DNA from: Polyangiales bacterium
Lineage (GTDB): Bacteria; Myxococcota_A; Polyangia; Polyangiales; Polyangiaceae
DNA: 64,000 bases
NCBI GenBank assembly: GCA_038230375.1
Contig: JBBRNJ010000023.1
Coordinates: 32,001 to 96,000 of the forward strand
Reading direction: 5' to 3'
The translations under genes were made by a program, and so were the position numbers. The notes under the pieces are model-generated. The model was not told where the DNA came from and searched no databases. It was given only the letters and a program-made list of their open reading frames with translations. Of the stretch, positions 16,063 to 24,971 are shown in pieces; the first letter of the stretch is position 1; each line of letters starts with the position of its first letter.

Positions 16063-16671
16063 ATGCTTTCGCCTCGCTTTGCTTTCTTCGCTGCGTTCTC
16101 CTTGCTTGCGCTCTCTGCACCCGCTGTTTGTGAAGCGGCAGAGGCGCCGATCGCGCGCGCGCCTTCCAAGCCCACGGACCCGCTGTGGGCGCGGCCTCTC
16201 GCGTTCGACGTGCATGGTGGTGTCGGTACGCCGCTCGGGTTCGGCGGCATGTCGATCGACCTCGCGCCGGTTCGGTGGTTCGTGCTCTCCGGCGGCCTCG
16301 GCTTCGGAAAAGCCGGCATTCAAGAGGCCGCGATGGCGCGCTTCCGTGCGCCCATCGGCCACTTCGCGTTCGCGCTGGGCGGCGGCATGTCGACCGGCGC
16401 GTACGAGGCCTCCGACACAAACCCCTTTGGCGACGGCGACAACTGGCACTGGAAGCGCGCCTTCTGGGGCAATGGAGAGGCGTCGATTGAATTCCGCGAC
16501 CACACGGGCGTCGAACTCCGTGCGTACGCAGGTTGGGCCCACCTGGCCAACCCCGTCGCCGACGGTTGCCAGACGGGGAGCGGCAGGACCTGCTCCAACG
16601 CTGCCGGCGGGTTGCTCGTCACGTCCTTCCCCTATGCAGGATTCGCCGCTGGATACGCCTTCGACCTTTGA
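16063..16671 (+). CDS. Secreted / small outer-membrane beta-strand protein
   Basis: Signal peptide; Gly/aromatic alternating strands; ends GYAFDL. Confidence 0.65.
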   Translation: MLSPRFAFFAAFSLLALSAPAVCEAAEAPIARAPSKPTDPLWARPLAFDVHGGVGTPLGFGGMSIDLAPVRWFVLSGGLGFGKAGIQEAAMARFRAPIGHFAFALGGGMSTGAYEASDTNPFGDGDNWHWKRAFWGNGEASIEFRDHTGVELRAYAGWAHLANPVADGCQTGSGRTCSNAAGGLLVTSFPYAGFAAGYAFDL

Positions 16672-16761
16672 CGGCCTTCGTGACACCCCACGAGGTGTGA
16701 GGATCCGCCTTCGCACCGCTTGCTTCTGCGACCGTTTGGTTGCAAATACGCCGGGAAGCCC

Positions 16762-17322
16762 ATGAGACTCGTTCGCGGCACCCTCCTCTCGCTCGCGCTG
16801 GCATGTGTTGCCACGCTCTCGCCGGCCACGGCAGAGGCGGAAGAGATCCGGTTCGCGCAGAACGACGTGCCCACCGTCTTCTTCATCAACAAGAGCGATG
16901 ACCACAACCGCGTGGACTACGGGATGCACCTGAACGCTGACTGCTTGCCCACCACGGAAGGCGCGGTCTTCCCGTACTGGCGCGAGTTCGAGAACTCACC
17001 GCCAGTCCGCACGCACGGCCTGAACACGCTCGAGCGCATCGCGTACGGCATCTCCGAGCAACACATCATCCGCAACGAAGGCAAACGGGACGAGTACACG
17101 ATCCGCCTGAAGCAGCTACCGCGCCCCGTCACGATCGTCACGGAGAAGAGCGCAGACGGAAAGTGCTCCGCGTTCGCGAAGGTCTCCATCAACGGCGCAG
17201 AATCGAAGCTCTCGAACGTGTACGTGAAGCTCGGTGGGTTCCTGAACTCCGTCGACTACATCGAGATCCACGGAAAGAATCTCACGACGAACGCCGCGGT
17301 GATGGAGCGAGTGAAAAAGTAA
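16762..17322 (+). CDS. DUF4833-like secreted protein
   Basis: Signal peptide; FFINKSDDHNRVDY...PYW...LN.LER.AYG...VDYIEIHG. Confidence 0.7.
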   Translation: MRLVRGTLLSLALACVATLSPATAEAEEIRFAQNDVPTVFFINKSDDHNRVDYGMHLNADCLPTTEGAVFPYWREFENSPPVRTHGLNTLERIAYGISEQHIIRNEGKRDEYTIRLKQLPRPVTIVTEKSADGKCSAFAKVSINGAESKLSNVYVKLGGFLNSVDYIEIHGKNLTTNAAVMERVKK

Positions 17323-17374
17323 CTACTCCGGAGTTCGTCTGGGAAACATCTGCCGCCGGCGGGTCTCGCCCATG

Positions 17375-18880
17375 TCACTCGAGTGTCTCCTTCAGCAGAT
17401 GCTTCGCGATCCGCTCCGTTGCGGTCTTCGGTAGCGACTCACGCACGTGGATTCGCGCCGGCACCTTGAAGTCCGCGAGCCGCTCGCGCGCGAAGGCTCG
17501 CAGCTCCTCGCCGTCGAGCACGGCGCCTGGCTGCGGCACCACGAACGCGACGATGTCCTCTTCGCCGAGCTCCGCGGGCACGCCCACCGCGGCTGCTTCG
17601 CGCACGCCTTCGTGCGATGCGAGCACGCCTTCGATCTCGGCGGCCGCGACGTTCTCACCGCGCCTGCGGATCACTTCCTTCTTGCGCGCGACGAACGTGT
17701 AGAAGCCGTCCGCGTCGCGACGCACCAGATCTCCCGTGCGGAACCATCCGTCGGCCGAGAGCACCTCGCGGGTTCGCGCTTCGTCACCGAAGTAGCCGCG
17801 CATCATGGCAGGATTCTTGAGCCACATCTCGCCCGGTTCACCGTCCGCTGCGTCGCTTCCGTCGTCCGTCACCACGCGAGCGTGGTTCACCGCGCCCAGG
17901 CGCGGGTGCTGGCGCAGCGTGCCCATGGTGCCGTGGCGCGGTGGCACGCCGAGCGGCCAGATCGTTCCGAACGTGTTCTCCGACAGACCATAGCCCACCG
18001 TCATCTTCACGCCGAAGCGCTCCTCGAACGTGCGGTGCTGCGCTTCTGGTAGAGCGAGAGCCGTGTAGACTACACGCATCGCGTGATCGCGATCCGTTGC
18101 CTTCGCCTCCGTCTTGAGCAGGATGTTCACCACGGCGCCCACGGCGTTCACCTCCGTCGCGCCGAGCCGCTTCGCGTCTTGCCAGAACCGCGACGCGGAG
18201 AACTTCGGAAGGAGAGCGAGCCCCGCGCCACACCCCAGCGCCCCCATCGTGGAGTACGCCTGCGCGTTCACGTGGAAGAACGGCAGCACCGCGAGCAGAC
18301 GATCGTCCGCGTTGAGCCCCACCCACGCCGGGAACGCCTCCGCGGTCAGCGTGAACGTCCGGTGCGTGAGCATCACGGCCTTGGGCGAGCCCGTGGTGCC
18401 GGATGTGGCCAGGAGGACGGCGACGTCGTCCGCGGTGACCTTTGCCCGCGGCGCTTGTCCGCGTGCCTGCGCGAGATCCTCGGGCGAGACCAGCACGGGT
18501 CTGTCGTTCTCCGCGAGCGCGAGGCACGCAACGTCGCAGAGCGAGCGATGCTCGTCCGCGACGAGGACGCGCGGCTTCGTGAGCCGAAGCACACCCGCAA
18601 GCTCCGGCGCCTTGTATGCCGGGTTGAGCGGCATGGCGATCGCGCCCAGCTGGTTCGCGGCGAGCCACGCGAAGAGCGTCTCCGGTCTGTTTCCCAGGAC
18701 CATCGCCACGACATCACCATGGCCGACGCCGCGCTCCGCAAGCGCAATGGCGATGCGATCGACCGCCGCGGTGACGTCGGGCAGCGTGTACGAATCACGC
18801 TCGAAAAAAAGCCACGGGCGCGCCCCCGCAAGGGAAGCGCGCCACGTGAGCAGCTCGGGGATCGTCTCCGGAAACTCCAA
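17375..18880 (-). CDS. AMP-dependent acyl-CoA ligase (CaiC-like)
   Basis: TSGTTGSPK, GYGLSE, FRTGD, IRRRGEN, LPKTAT motifs; TTG start. Confidence 0.92.
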   Translation of the reverse strand: MEFPETIPELLTWRASLAGARPWLFFERDSYTLPDVTAAVDRIAIALAERGVGHGDVVAMVLGNRPETLFAWLAANQLGAIAMPLNPAYKAPELAGVLRLTKPRVLVADEHRSLCDVACLALAENDRPVLVSPEDLAQARGQAPRAKVTADDVAVLLATSGTTGSPKAVMLTHRTFTLTAEAFPAWVGLNADDRLLAVLPFFHVNAQAYSTMGALGCGAGLALLPKFSASRFWQDAKRLGATEVNAVGAVVNILLKTEAKATDRDHAMRVVYTALALPEAQHRTFEERFGVKMTVGYGLSENTFGTIWPLGVPPRHGTMGTLRQHPRLGAVNHARVVTDDGSDAADGEPGEMWLKNPAMMRGYFGDEARTREVLSADGWFRTGDLVRRDADGFYTFVARKKEVIRRRGENVAAAEIEGVLASHEGVREAAAVGVPAELGEEDIVAFVVPQPGAVLDGEELRAFARERLADFKVPARIHVRESLPKTATERIAKHLLKETLE

Positions 18881-18898
18881 GAGCAGTCCCCTCCGTGA

Positions 18899-19576
18899 TC
18901 AGGAGTGAGCGGTGACGAACGGCTTGCCCTTGAGCGACGCGGCGAAGCCATTGTGGACCTCGTTCACGCTGTTCCAGCTCGGGAGCGCGCGCATCGAGCC
19001 CATCCAGCGCGCCACGTTCGGGAAGCGCGAGAGGTCCTGGCCGATCAGGTCGCCGGCGGCGACGATGATCGCCCCGAAGTAGTCCGCGATCGTGATCTCG
19101 TCTCCGCAGAGGTACTTGTCCTTGCCGATGATGTCCTTGTCCAGGATGGCGAGCCACTTCTCGACGTTCTTCTTCCCCCACTCGATGGTGCCCGAGTGCG
19201 CGGCGTCCGACGGGCGCTTGTGGCTCGGGAACGCCTGCGGGTAGATGAGGTTGTAGGCCCAGTCGCGGTAGAACTGTGTGTTGATCCAGTCCATGCGCTC
19301 GTTGACGCGCGCGCGCTTCTTCAGGTCCTTCGGGTATGCGGGAGAGTCGGTCTTGTCCGCCAGGTACTTCATGATCGCGGACGACTCCGAGAGGATGAAG
19401 TCGCCGTCCTCGAGCACGGGGATCATGCCGCTCGGGTTCAGCTTGGTGAAGGGATCCTTCGTGTGCTCACCGACCATGATGTCGACGACGACGGGGTCGA
19501 ACTTGATGCCGGCCTCCGCGCAGAAGAGGAGCACGGGACGCGAGGCAGTAGAGACCGGATGAAAATGCAGCTTCAT
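18899..19576 (-). CDS. Glutathione S-transferase
   Basis: STASRPV, LNPSGMIPVL, SESSAI, ITIADY motifs. Confidence 0.93.
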   Translation of the reverse strand: MKLHFHPVSTASRPVLLFCAEAGIKFDPVVVDIMVGEHTKDPFTKLNPSGMIPVLEDGDFILSESSAIMKYLADKTDSPAYPKDLKKRARVNERMDWINTQFYRDWAYNLIYPQAFPSHKRPSDAAHSGTIEWGKKNVEKWLAILDKDIIGKDKYLCGDEITIADYFGAIIVAAGDLIGQDLSRFPNVARWMGSMRALPSWNSVNEVHNGFAASLKGKPFVTAHS

Positions 19577-19655
19577 GGTAACCCTCATTGGTGAGAGATC
19601 GATTCGGGGGGCCGAACGGTAAAGCGGGCCCTACCGGATCACAATGGAGAGCGGC

Positions 19656-22079
19656 ATGACACGTCGTTTTGCGATGCAGCGCGGCAACAGCCGGATCGTC
19701 TTTGGGCGCGGGAGCTCGTCCCGGATCCAGGAAGAGCTTGCCACCCTTGGGGCCGAGCGCGTCCTCATCGTCTCCACGGCGGGTCGCAAGACGGAGGCCG
19801 TCGCGCTCGCCGCAGGCCTGGGCACGAGGAGCGCGGGGGTCATGGCGATCGCCCGTGAGCACGTGCCGCGCGCCACGGTGACTGAAGGGCTCGCCACGCT
19901 CGCAAGCGCGAAGGCCGATGCGTTGCTCGCGTTCGGCGGTGGCTCCGCGATCGGCCTCGCGAAGGCGCTCGCGGTGGAGTGCCTCGTGGGGGATCACGAA
20001 GCGCATTCGCATCCCCGTGAGACCCGCATCATCGCCGTGCCCACCACGTACTCCGGTTCCGAGATGACACCCGTGTACGGCATCACCGACGGCGACGACA
20101 AGCGCGTCGCGAAGGATGCGCGCGCGCGTCCGTCGCTCGTCATCTACGATCCCGATCTCCTCGCGAACCTGCCACGCGATACCGCGCTATCCAGCTTGTG
20201 GAACGCCATGGCGCACGCCGTGGAGGCGCTGTGGGCGAACGAGCCCGATCGCGCGACGCTGCTCTCCGCGGAGGAGTCCGTGCGGCTCCTCTGGTCCGCG
20301 CTCTCTCGGCTGTCCGTCAACGGCGCCGATCAGAGTGCATGCGAGCTCGGGCTCGAGGGCGCGTTCCTCGCGGGCGCGGTCTTCGCGGACGTTGGCGGCG
20401 CGCTTCATCACAAGCTGTGTCACGTGCTGGGTGGAAAGCTGGGGCTCGCGCACGCGGCGACGCACGCGGTGCTCCTTCCGCACGTGCTCCGCTTCAACGC
20501 GGCGGCCGCGCCCGAGGCCATGAGCGCCATCGCGCGTGCGATCGGCGCGATCGATCCCGTTGCCGCGTTCGCCCGGCTCTCGCAGGCCACAGCACCTCGC
20601 GGGCTCGCCGCGCTCGGCATGAAGAAGGAGGGCATTGCTGCGGTCGTGGACGTGATGATGAAGACCCCATCGTTCTCGCCACGTGCGATCGATCACGCGT
20701 CACTCACCTCATTGCTCAGCGGCGCGCTCGAGCCCGCTGCGCGCCCCGATGCACCCAAGGTCCGTGCACCGGCGGACATCGGCGAGCAGCGCGGCTTCGC
20801 AGGCACGCACGACTCGGAGGCGCTCCCCGGCGCGCTGCCGAAGAAGCAGAACACGCCGCACCCGGCGCCGTACGGCCTCTTGCCCGAGTGCGTGAACGGC
20901 ACGCCCTTCACCGTGAAGAGCGCGGAGAACGCGCGCACGTTCATGTACCGCGTTCGCGCATCGTTTTCGCACGGGAAATTCCAGCCTCTTCCGCATGCGC
21001 GCTTCGCCTGCACGCTCGGCGATGTCGAACATTCGCGCACGCGCTGGCGTCCGCTTCCCATGCCCGACGCGTCGTCGCGCACCGATTTTCTGGACGGACT
21101 CGTCACGCTCGGTGGCGCGGGCGATCCCGTGGGCGGTCCTGGCTACGCGATCCACCTCTACGCAGCGAACGCGGACATGGCGGATCGCAGCTTCTCGAAC
21201 TCCGATGGCGACATGCTCATCGTGCCACAGACCGGGACCATCGACGTACGGACGGAGCTCGGTTGGCTCCGCGCCGCGCCCGGCACCATCTTGATCATCC
21301 CGCGCGCCATCAAGTTCACCGTCGGCCTCCCCGACGGCCACGCACGCGGCTGGATGCTCGAGGTGTTCGGTCCACGCATCCGCCTTCCCGAGCGCGGCCC
21401 CATCGGTTCGAACGGCCTCGCGGACGCGCGCCATTTCCGTGCGCCCGTCGCCTCGTACGAGGACCGCGAGTGCCCCGGCGGCTTCGACATCGTCACCAAG
21501 CTCGGCGGCCGACTCTCCGTTGCCACGCAGCACCACTCGCCGTTCGACGTGGTCGCATGGCACGGCACGCTCGTGCCCTACGCGTACGATCTGTCGCTCT
21601 TCAACGCGATGGGCTCGGTCACCTGGGATCACGTGGACCCGTCGATCCTCACCGTGCTCACGGCGCCGCTCGACGACAAGGGCCGCGCTGTCTGTGACTT
21701 CGTCGCCTTCACGGGAAGGTGGATGGCCATGGACCACACCTTCCGCCCGCCATACATGCATCGAAACGCAGCGAGCGAGATCAACTGCGTCGTGAGCGTG
21801 AAGTCGGCCGACGGTGGCTACGAGCCGGGCGTCACGTTCCTCTCACCGCTGCTCACCGCGCACGGCGTTGCCACGCACACCTACGATCGCGAGCTCGATA
21901 GGCCTGTAGACCCGAACGAGAAGCCGTTCCGCGTCCCGGACGAGTCACTCTGGGTGATGTTCGAGTCCGCGCTCCCGTTCAGGACGTCCACATGGGCGCA
22001 GACCACGCCCCTGGTCGACGAAGGGTTCCTGGATCAGTTCGAAGGAATGAAGAAGCGCTTCGATCCCACGAAGCCCTGA
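19656..22079 (+). CDS. hmgA: Fusion of maleylacetate reductase (Fe-ADH family) and homogentisate 1,2-dioxygenase
   Basis: N-half GGGSAIGLAK, PTTYSGSE, NAMAHAVE, LHHKLCHVLG; C-half EALPGALP..QN.P, GPIGSNGLA, HSPFDVVAWHG, DPSI.TVLT, FRPPYMHRN..SE...HG; alternative start 19644. Confidence 0.88.
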   Translation: MTRRFAMQRGNSRIVFGRGSSSRIQEELATLGAERVLIVSTAGRKTEAVALAAGLGTRSAGVMAIAREHVPRATVTEGLATLASAKADALLAFGGGSAIGLAKALAVECLVGDHEAHSHPRETRIIAVPTTYSGSEMTPVYGITDGDDKRVAKDARARPSLVIYDPDLLANLPRDTALSSLWNAMAHAVEALWANEPDRATLLSAEESVRLLWSALSRLSVNGADQSACELGLEGAFLAGAVFADVGGALHHKLCHVLGGKLGLAHAATHAVLLPHVLRFNAAAAPEAMSAIARAIGAIDPVAAFARLSQATAPRGLAALGMKKEGIAAVVDVMMKTPSFSPRAIDHASLTSLLSGALEPAARPDAPKVRAPADIGEQRGFAGTHDSEALPGALPKKQNTPHPAPYGLLPECVNGTPFTVKSAENARTFMYRVRASFSHGKFQPLPHARFACTLGDVEHSRTRWRPLPMPDASSRTDFLDGLVTLGGAGDPVGGPGYAIHLYAANADMADRSFSNSDGDMLIVPQTGTIDVRTELGWLRAAPGTILIIPRAIKFTVGLPDGHARGWMLEVFGPRIRLPERGPIGSNGLADARHFRAPVASYEDRECPGGFDIVTKLGGRLSVATQHHSPFDVVAWHGTLVPYAYDLSLFNAMGSVTWDHVDPSILTVLTAPLDDKGRAVCDFVAFTGRWMAMDHTFRPPYMHRNAASEINCVVSVKSADGGYEPGVTFLSPLLTAHGVATHTYDRELDRPVDPNEKPFRVPDESLWVMFESALPFRTSTWAQTTPLVDEGFLDQFEGMKKRFDPTKP

Positions 22080-22081
22080 CC

Positions 22082-23113
22082 TCAAAAGAGCTCGCGGCGC
22101 ACGAGCTCCGTTCCGCGCACCATCGCTGCGAGCTTTCCGAACGCGATCTCTCGCGAGAGGTATTTCATGCCGCAGTCCGGCGCGATCAGCAGCCGCTCCT
22201 TGGGCACGTGCATGAGCGCATTCCGGATCCGCGCCGCGACCACCTCGGCCGTCTCGATCTCCGGATCTCCCAGGCTGATCACGCCGAGCATGATCTTCTT
22301 GGAAGGTAGCTGCTTCAGGATCGCCAGATCCAGGTCTGGCTGCGCCGCCTCGATCGAGATCGCCGTCGCGTTCACGTTCTCGAGCTCCGGAAGAAACGAG
22401 TAGCCGTTCGGCCGCTCGTGGACGATGTGCGCGTAGCCGAAGCAGAGGTGCACGATGGTCTCGCCCGTGACGCCGAGGAGCGCGCGGTTCAGCGCCTTCA
22501 CCGCGTACTTCTTCGCCTCCTCCGGCCGTGCCTGCATGTACGGCTCGTCCAGCTGCACCATCGTGACGCCAGCGGCGAACAGCGCATGGATCTCCTCGTT
22601 CACCGCGGCGGCGTAGTCCATCGCGGCGGCCTCCGCGGTCGCGTAGTGATCGTTCTGTGCCTGCTGCAGCATCGTGAACGGACCGGGCAGGGTGAGCTTG
22701 GTGCTCTTGCTCGTGTTCTTGACCAGGAACTCTGCGTCGCGCACCTCCACCGGACCCTTGCGCCGGATCGGACCGCTGATGCGCGGCACCGGGTTCGGGT
22801 GGCCCGTGCGATCGAGCGCCGTGCCGTGGTTCTCCGTTTCGATGCCGTCGAGCGCGGTCGCGAACCGGTTCGAGTAGCTCTCGCGCCGGATCTCACCGTC
22901 CGTCACGATGTCCACGCCCGCGAGCTCCATGTCGCGGATCGCCACGAGCGTGGCCGCGTCCTGCGCCTCTTCCAGATACTCCGGCGCGACCTTCCAGATC
23001 TCACCGGCGCGCACACGCGGAGGCAACCGGCTCTTCAGGTTCTTGCGATCGACGAGCCAGTCAGGCTGCACATAGCTGCCGACGACGGTGGTAGGGAGAA
23101 CAGGGAGAACCAT
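22082..23113 (-). CDS. Cobalamin-independent methionine synthase II family protein (single-barrel MetE-like)
   Basis: TTVVGSY, TDGEIRR, QLDEP, Zn ligands HLC / E / PDCG. Confidence 0.88.
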   Translation of the reverse strand: MVLPVLPTTVVGSYVQPDWLVDRKNLKSRLPPRVRAGEIWKVAPEYLEEAQDAATLVAIRDMELAGVDIVTDGEIRRESYSNRFATALDGIETENHGTALDRTGHPNPVPRISGPIRRKGPVEVRDAEFLVKNTSKSTKLTLPGPFTMLQQAQNDHYATAEAAAMDYAAAVNEEIHALFAAGVTMVQLDEPYMQARPEEAKKYAVKALNRALLGVTGETIVHLCFGYAHIVHERPNGYSFLPELENVNATAISIEAAQPDLDLAILKQLPSKKIMLGVISLGDPEIETAEVVAARIRNALMHVPKERLLIAPDCGMKYLSREIAFGKLAAMVRGTELVRRELF

Positions 23114-23270
23114 GCGACCTCCGATACTAGCAAAGGTCGTCGCGCTGCCGCCGCTCGAGCGACACAACGCCGCGCCAGCTCACACACGCGCCGAAGCTAT
23201 TTTTCGAAAGCGTGTCCTCCCGCGAGCCTCTCGTGCGTGAATCCCGCCATGAACCACCCGATCATCCTCC

Positions 23271-23300
23271 TTGACCGCGCAGTAGTGATAGAGTTATCAC
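23271..23300 (+). promoter_or_regulatory. Sigma70-like promoter overlapped by a palindromic operator (candidate TetR site)
   Basis: TTGACC at 23271; GTGATA-GAGT-TATCAC at 23285-23300, upstream of the hydrolase-TetR pair. Confidence 0.65.
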
Positions 23301-23392
23301 CAGTCTGGATTTCGCGATGAAGGACACGTCTGCAAGCTCCTCGAGAGGCGAGCAGTCGCACGTTCTTCGGCGTGGACGAGAAGGAGACTCAC

Positions 23393-24235
23393 ATGCAATC
23401 TGTACCGACTCGCGCCGGGAACCTCGTCGTGGATATCAAGGGCGAGGGCGCGCCGCTCGTTCTGCTGCACGCGATCACGCACGACCGTCGCGACTTCGAC
23501 CCGATCGTCCCCGCGCTCGCGAAGAGCTGGAAGACCATCGCGGTGGACTGGCCCGGACATGGCGATTCCGACATGTGGAGCCCGCCGGAGTCGGCGAGTA
23601 CGGCAGGCTTGTGCGACGCGCTCGAGGATCTGGTAGAGGAGCTCGACCTGCCGCCTGCGATCTTCATCGGGAACTCCGTCGGCGGCACGGCCAGCGTTCG
23701 GCTCGCGGCGCGCCGACCAGAGCGCGTGCGCGCGCTGGTGCTGGTCGACAGCGGCGGCTCGGCGACACCTTCTGCGCTGCTGTCCGCCGTGTGCTGGGTG
23801 CAAGGCCACAAGGTGGTTCGTGCGTGGACCGGGATGCGGTTCGCGCGGATGTACATGAAGACGCCGGGGCCGGGCCGCGATGATCTCTTCGCGCGGATGA
23901 CACAGATGCGACAGCGTCCGGGGTTCATCGACATGGAGGCCGCCATGTGGCGGAGCTTCGGCACATCCCAGAACGACCTGTCGGACGTCGCGCCCGCGGT
24001 GAAGGCGCCGACGCTCATCGTGTGGGGCACGCATGATCCCGTGGTCCGAGCGCGCGTGGAGGGAAAGCGCCTTCGCGCGATGTTGCCGCACGCGGAATAC
24101 GTGGAGCTCGCGACCGGACACGTGCCGTTCTTGGAGAAACCGGACGCGTTCCTGGAGCAGGTGTTGCCGTTCCTGGACAGCACCAGGAGCACCGGCGGGC
24201 GGGCGGCGGCGGATCGTCGGAACAATGCAGCGTAG
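23393..24235 (+). CDS. Alpha/beta hydrolase
   Basis: AAGGAG RBS; DWPGHG, GNSVGG nucleophile elbow, WGTHD, GHVP. Confidence 0.92.
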   Translation: MQSVPTRAGNLVVDIKGEGAPLVLLHAITHDRRDFDPIVPALAKSWKTIAVDWPGHGDSDMWSPPESASTAGLCDALEDLVEELDLPPAIFIGNSVGGTASVRLAARRPERVRALVLVDSGGSATPSALLSAVCWVQGHKVVRAWTGMRFARMYMKTPGPGRDDLFARMTQMRQRPGFIDMEAAMWRSFGTSQNDLSDVAPAVKAPTLIVWGTHDPVVRARVEGKRLRAMLPHAEYVELATGHVPFLEKPDAFLEQVLPFLDSTRSTGGRAAADRRNNAA

Positions 24236-24848
24236 GACGGCGATCGCACCGAAGCCCGCTCCGCGCCCGCGACGCGGCCCGCCCGAGGAGACCCGCAATC
24301 GCCTGGTCCAGGCAGCCGCGGAGATCTTCAACCGTGACGGCTACGAGGGGACAGACTCCAACCGGATCGCGCGTGAGGCGGGCTATTCGCCTGGCACGTT
24401 CTACAAACACTTCGTCGACAAGCGCGAGGTCTTCCTTGCCGTCTACGAGGAGTGGGTCACGCGCGAATGGCGTGAGGTCTCCGCGCACGCGGCCGCAAGA
24501 GGCACGGCACGAGAGCGCGCCGAGCAGATCGTCCGCATGTTCCTTGCTCATCACCGGCGCTGGCGTGGGTTCCGCGCGAGCCTGCGCGCGCTGGTCTCGT
24601 ACGAGCCGGCCGTGCGCGACTTCTACCGGGCTCAGCGCCGCAAGCAGCTGGAGCTCCTGGCGCGCATGCGCGAAGCGGTCGGTGTTCCGGGATCACGAGA
24701 GGCGGACGCGCTCTTGCTCTTCACGCTCGAGCGCACCTCGGATGCGTTCGCAGAGGACGAACCAGAGTCGCTGAAGCTCTCATCCGAAGCACTGCACGCG
24801 CTGATCGTCGATCTTGTGACAGCACGTCTGGAGCCGCCAGCTTCGTAG
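24225..24848 (+). CDS. TetR/AcrR-family regulator
   Basis: AAAEIF...GY......IAREAGYSPGTFYKHF.DK. Confidence 0.93.
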   Translation: MQRRTAIAPKPAPRPRRGPPEETRNRLVQAAAEIFNRDGYEGTDSNRIAREAGYSPGTFYKHFVDKREVFLAVYEEWVTREWREVSAHAAARGTARERAEQIVRMFLAHHRRWRGFRASLRALVSYEPAVRDFYRAQRRKQLELLARMREAVGVPGSREADALLLFTLERTSDAFAEDEPESLKLSSEALHALIVDLVTARLEPPAS

Positions 24849-24971
24849 AGCCGGGGAATCCGTAGAGCACGACGGGCACCGAGAAGCGTCGAGGAAACAT
24901 CGTGTATACTCCGGTTCGGGGAAGGTTGTGCCAGGGATCATCGTGCTAGCTTGATCTGTCGCGGACGGGTC

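Noticed and set aside
23114..23270. SAM or cobalamin riboswitch upstream of the MetE-like gene
   Set aside because: No recognisable consensus, and a -10 box 10 nt from the ATG leaves no room for a leader.
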